Positions 60,123 to 64,000 of a DNA stretch of 64,000 bases are shown in pieces. This DNA is from Nitrospirota bacterium. Lineage in GTDB: Bacteria > Nitrospirota > UBA9217. Below the pieces are notes generated by a model, which had not been told where the DNA came from, ran no database searches, and saw nothing but the letters and a program-made list of their open reading frames with translations. Where the stretch lies: positions 160,001-224,000 of the forward strand of contig CAWJQQ010000006.1 in NCBI GenBank assembly GCA_963845065.1, in the 5' to 3' direction. The position numbers were made by a program, and so were the translations under genes. How positions within the stretch are numbered: the stretch's first letter is position 1; the number at the start of each line of letters is the position of its first letter.

Positions 60123-61805
60123 TTACCTCGTTAAATGCCGGTATTTGATGCGATGCGGTTGGTCTGCATCGGCTCCGAGCCGCACCTTCCGGTCTGCCTC
60201 ATACTCTGAATAGTTTCCATCGAAGAAGACGACTTTGCTCTCGCCTTCAAATGCTAGGATGTGCGTGGAAATACGGTCAAGGAACCAGCGGTCGTGACTT
60301 ATCACGACTGCACAGCCTGCAAAGTTCTCAAGCCCTTCCTCAAGTGCCCTCATAGTGTTCACATCGAGATCGTTCGTGGGCTCGTCAAGGAGCAGCACAT
60401 TTGCCTCCTTCTTCAGGATGCGGGCAAGGTGCACCCGGTTCCGCTCCCCGCCTGAGAGCACGCCAACCATCTTCTGCTGGTCCGTTCCGCCGAAGTTAAA
60501 ACGCGACACGTAGGCGCGGGAGTTCATCAATGTCTTTCCCAGTTGGATCTGCTCTTGGCCGTCAGTGATAACCTGCCAGATAGTTTTGTTCGGATCGAGG
60601 GAGTCGCGGTTCTGGTCAACGTATCCAAGCTTCACGGTTTCACCAATTCTAATCGTTCCCTTGTCAGGCTTGTCCTGACCCGTGATCATACGAAAGAGTG
60701 TCGTCTTACCTGCGCCGTTCGGCCCGATCACGCCCACGATACCACCGGGGGGAAGCATGAAGCTCATGTTTTCAACAAGGATGTTGTCGCCATATGCCTT
60801 CGTCACGCTATCAGCTTCGATCACGACCTTGCCGAGCCGCGGACCCGGCGGAATGTAAATTTCCAACTCCTTCGCGCGCTTTTCTCCCTGCTGGGAGAGG
60901 AGCGTTTCGTAGGAATTGATGCGCGCCTTGGACTTTGCATGCCTTCCCTTGGGTGACATCCTGATCCATTCGAGTTCGCGCTGGAGAGTCTTCTGTCGCT
61001 CGCTCTCCGACTTTTCTTCCTGCTTCAGCCGCTCACTCTTTTGTTCGAGCCATGATGAATAGTTTCCTTTCCAGGGGATACCTTGGCCGCGGTCGAGTTC
61101 CAGTATCCAGCCGGCGACATTATCCAGGAAGTATCGGTCGTGGGTCACAGCGATAACCGTGCCTTCGTACTGCTGGAGATGATGCTCCAGCCACGCGACA
61201 GACTCGGCATCGAGATGGTTCGTAGGCTCGTCGAGCAGGAGGATGTCCGGTTTCTGGAGAAGGAGACGGCAGAGTGCAACACGCCGCTTTTCACCGCCGG
61301 AAAGGACCTTGACAAACGCATCGGCGGTAGGACAGCGTAGGGCGTCCATGGCCATCTCGAGACGGCTGTCCAGCTCCCAAGCATTCTGATGGTCGAGCTT
61401 CTCTTGCACTTCGCCCTGTCGTTCGATCAGCTTCTGCATCTCATTGTCGGACATGGGATTTGCAAAGGACTCGTTAATCTTGTCATATTCGGCGAGCAGA
61501 TCAACCGTCTCTTGTACGCCTTCTTCAACGATCTGGCGCACGGTCTTAGCAGGATCAAGCTTCGGCTCCTGCTCGAGCAGACCAACGGAGTAGCCTGTCG
61601 ATAACACTGCCTCTCCCACATGCTCCTTGTCCAGCCCTGCCATGATCTTGAGAAGCGAACTCTTTCCCGAGCCATTCAGCCCGAGCACGCCAATCTTTGC
61701 TCCGTAAAAGTAAGAAAGGTAAATGTCCTTCAGTACCGGCTTCTTGTCATGGAATTTTCCCACTCCGACCATGGAGTAGATTATTTTGTTTTGTTCAGCT
61801 GCCAT
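60123..61805 (-). CDS. ettA: Energy-dependent translational throttle protein EttA
   Basis: [54 protein letters not shown]. Confidence 0.95.
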   Translation of the reverse strand: MAAEQNKIIYSMVGVGKFHDKKPVLKDIYLSYFYGAKIGVLGLNGSGKSSLLKIMAGLDKEHVGEAVLSTGYSVGLLEQEPKLDPAKTVRQIVEEGVQETVDLLAEYDKINESFANPMSDNEMQKLIERQGEVQEKLDHQNAWELDSRLEMAMDALRCPTADAFVKVLSGGEKRRVALCRLLLQKPDILLLDEPTNHLDAESVAWLEHHLQQYEGTVIAVTHDRYFLDNVAGWILELDRGQGIPWKGNYSSWLEQKSERLKQEEKSESERQKTLQRELEWIRMSPKGRHAKSKARINSYETLLSQQGEKRAKELEIYIPPGPRLGKVVIEADSVTKAYGDNILVENMSFMLPPGGIVGVIGPNGAGKTTLFRMITGQDKPDKGTIRIGETVKLGYVDQNRDSLDPNKTIWQVITDGQEQIQLGKTLMNSRAYVSRFNFGGTDQQKMVGVLSGGERNRVHLARILKKEANVLLLDEPTNDLDVNTMRALEEGLENFAGCAVVISHDRWFLDRISTHILAFEGESKVVFFDGNYSEYEADRKVRLGADADQPHRIKYRHLTR

Positions 61806-61918
61806 AATTATTTTCTAACCTCCCGAAGATAGTAGGATCTTTTGTCCACTACATTTTGCAAAGTGACCTTATCAGAGGTTGATTTGTCATGCGGCACAAA
61901 ACATCCAGCCCTGCAGTA

Positions 61919-62752
61919 TCATTTCAGATCTGGTGATAAAATGGCGCTGATATTTTTATCGTTATATGTTTCTCTCCGCCACCGGTACGGCAAATCGATG
62001 ATCGTACCCGGCTCCTGTATCGTGGCGAGCGCCCGGATCGCCTCCGCTAGGATTACCCGATGCTGTGCTGCGTTAAAAGGTTCGCCAAAGGGATGGCCAA
62101 AGGGCCATCTCAGAAAAATGGTTCTCGGCGGCTTGACCTGCTCCGAGTATGTCCGTACGATCGATACGCCGATCGTCGGGATTCCCACCTTCTCTATTTC
62201 CCTCTGTATCAATCCCACTGATTGATTGCAGATGCCTCAACCGGGCGTCAAGAGGACAATATCTACATTAATTTTTTTCAGACTTCTTGCAACCTCGGAC
62301 GCGCTCTTATTAATCAGCGTCGGTATATGCCTACCAGTGATATGTCCCATGAAGCCGTAGTGCAGTTCGGCAACATGCCCGATGCGGCCTTCTTGTTCAA
62401 ATTCTTTCAGCCGTTCAAGAGGGAAAACAATATTGATATCTTTATCGGCATCTGAGTGATCGTAATAGTCGTGAGTGATCATAAGACTTGAAAGCGGTTT
62501 CCTGAAATCGATGACCCTGAACGAGGGATCTCCATTTGGGTCTGTCATATCGAATGGTTCCTGTTCTCGGTGATGAACACCGGCTGTCGTTACTATTGCT
62601 ATGGTGGATGTGGCGAACGCTTTCGTCATTGGAGTCCAGGGAATATCAGCGGATTTCCAGGGTTTGTAGGAAGCGGTAAATCTCTCGGCGATGGAGGGAA
62701 ACCGGGTGATTACTTTTGCGATGAATTGATTTTTGAATCTGTTGAAACTCAT
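61919..62752 (-). CDS. Selenoprotein of the glycine/betaine/proline reductase selenoprotein B (GrdB/PrdB-like) family, 277 aa with Sec at TGA 62237-62239
   Basis: ORFs 62237-62752 and 61919-62218 are in frame: ...VLLTPG-U-GICNQSVGLIQREIEKVGIPT...PPR; also VTTAGVH, GDPSFR, THDYYDH, DINIVFP. Confidence 0.9.
62203..62232 (-). ncRNA. Bacterial SECIS element
   Basis: 3' of UGA: UCUG-CA-AUCAAUC-[AGUGG]-GAUUGAU-A-CAGA; the apical loop has GU at positions 2-3 and follows a 17-nt spacer after the UGA. Confidence 0.8.
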
Positions 62753-63268
62753 TGGCCATATGCTCCTAACCTGGGTACGCCGAAGTCATAGCTTGTTTAA
62801 TCATCCCGCAAAGGTGCAGGAGCACGGATAAATGCAGATAATAAAGTTGGCGTTCATACCACCGATACAAAAACCAGCGGGCCATCAAGGTTTGCTCAAC
62901 TCAGTTTCAATATTAAAGTCACAAGATGGGAGAAAAAGTGAAGTAGTCTTTGTTTTTGACCTCGATATTTAAAATGCTTGGTGTTCACTGCGTTATCTTG
63001 ACAAAAATATTTCTAGCTGAGTTGAACAACACTGGAACTACAAATCACAGCAGCTCAAGATAACGCGATAAGGGCATCAAATGCTGTATATCAATTGCAT
63101 TATGACAAACCACCTGTCACGCGATACTTGCATAATTTTGCTGTGACGAAGGATCGGATGATCTGATCAATTCTTTGCTTTTTAAGAAAAACAGATCGAC
63201 GATATGGTCATTCAGGTACAGGCCATCAGGTACAGGATTGGCAACTGGTTCTTGACGGGTTTTGTTTC

Positions 63269-63421
63269 TCATGAATCCACTTTCTGTTTATCATAGCACA
63301 ACTGAAACCCGGAAATAACGCCGTCGTTGCCCAACCAGTTGATGAGGTAGAAACCATGATGTAAAAACCAACGGAGCTTCCCCCCGACGGAATTTTCCCG
63401 AGTATAAGATTCTTGTAGCAT
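63269..63421 (-). pseudogene. Possible truncated remnant of a small conserved hypothetical gene
   Basis: MLQE...KLRWF...YLINW..DGVISGFQLCYDK then an early stop; family recalled from memory only. Confidence 0.3.
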
Positions 63422-63459
63422 CTGTGAACCTGTTCGCGTCTGCTGCCCACCGTACTGCT

Positions 63460-64000
63460 CTATTCCTTCAACATCTCCTCGATTGTGATATTGACCGAAT
63501 CGCAGAGTGCAGGACGGTGATAACCCCCTTCTAGCGCGAACACTGCGGGAAGAGAGGCACAGGAATGCAGGATGCTCTGAACAATGCAACGGATACCTTC
63601 GTTCGTGACCCGTATGTTTGTGTACACGTCGTTAACATGAATATCATATCCCGCGGACACCAGGACGATGTCCGGCTGGAAGCGTTGGATCAGCCCCGGC
63701 AGAATATCCTGATATACCATGAGATACTCCTTGTTTCCCGAGCCGGACTGGATTGGGACGTTGTAGGTAAATCCCGTTCCCTTGCCCCTGCCTCGCTCCA
63801 TGTCCTTGCCCGTGTCGGGATAGTAGGGGTGCTGGTGCGTGCTGAAATAGAAGACGCTATCGTCTTCTTCGAAGATATGCTGAGTGCCGTTTCCATGGTG
63901 GGCGTCGTAGTCGATGATGAATACTCTTTCGTAACCGATGGCCTGCGCGTACCGTGCGCCGATCGCGATGTTATTGAAAAGGCAGAATCCCATGCCCTGG
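63460..64000 (-). CDS. Histone deacetylase family protein (3' part; 5' end outside the window)
   Basis: MGFCLFNN, IDYDAHHGNGTQ, STHQ, SAGYD, LEGGY. Confidence 0.93.
   Translation of the reverse strand, partial: QGMGFCLFNNIAIGARYAQAIGYERVFIIDYDAHHGNGTQHIFEEDDSVFYFSTHQHPYYPDTGKDMERGRGKGTGFTYNVPIQSGSGNKEYLMVYQDILPGLIQRFQPDIVLVSAGYDIHVNDVYTNIRVTNEGIRCIVQSILHSCASLPAVFALEGGYHRPALCDSVNITIEEMLKE

Noticed and set aside
62760..63230. Possible ncRNA or small gene upstream of the selenoprotein
   Set aside because: AT-rich, with no convincing ORF, structure or known motif by eye.
1..64000. CRISPR array, rRNA or tRNA genes
   Set aside because: No regularly spaced repeat-spacer units, cloverleafs or rRNA-like stretches were seen in the intergenic regions, including around tnpB, so tnpB is not called as Cas12.
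1..64000. Many short overlapping or antisense ORFs in the track (e.g. 5455-6384 +, 30257-30859 -, 37797-38384 +)
   Set aside because: They are shadows of well-supported genes on another frame or strand and have no recognisable motifs.

Overview
Bacterial chromosome segment; the rho-rpmE-DUF1385-prfA-prmC-murA-his gene order tentatively suggests a Nitrospirota/Desulfobacterota-like organism (inference only). (1) 1-20.1 kb, minus strand: an MSHA-like type IV pilus operon (platform gene, a pilin-like gene, two ~96%-identical tandem major pilins, minor pilins). A ~15.4 kb glycosylation island sits between the major and minor pilins. It encodes two GT-C-type membrane glycosyltransferases, a GtrB-like GT2, a B12 radical SAM enzyme, a methyltransferase and nine sugar-nucleotide enzymes whose family set matches the lincosamide GDP-octose pathway (LmbR/N/P/K/O/M/L/Z), with an SDR in place of the aminotransferase. 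(2) 20.7-34.2 kb: housekeeping genes rho, rpmE, DUF1385, prfA, prmC, murA, hisD, hisG, hisC, hisB, hisH, hisA, hisF. (3) A DUF438/hemerythrin/PAS gene with a Crp/Fnr-type box at -41.5. (4) 36-48.4 kb: a nine-gene envelope operon (two lipoproteins, TolB-like propeller, TPR protein, peptide ABC transporter) behind a GEMM-I riboswitch carrying the A20 variant associated with 3',3'-cGAMP sensing. (5) 48.6-64 kb: aminotransferase, a decayed tnpB-only IS200/IS605 element with intact IS608-like ends, HD protein, two ABC-F ATPases, LtaS/sulfatase-like protein, ppnP, CapA, several pseudogenes, an orphan PrdB/GrdB-like selenoprotein (UGA plus SECIS) and a partial HDAC-family gene. All family assignments come from motif recognition by eye; no database searches were run.
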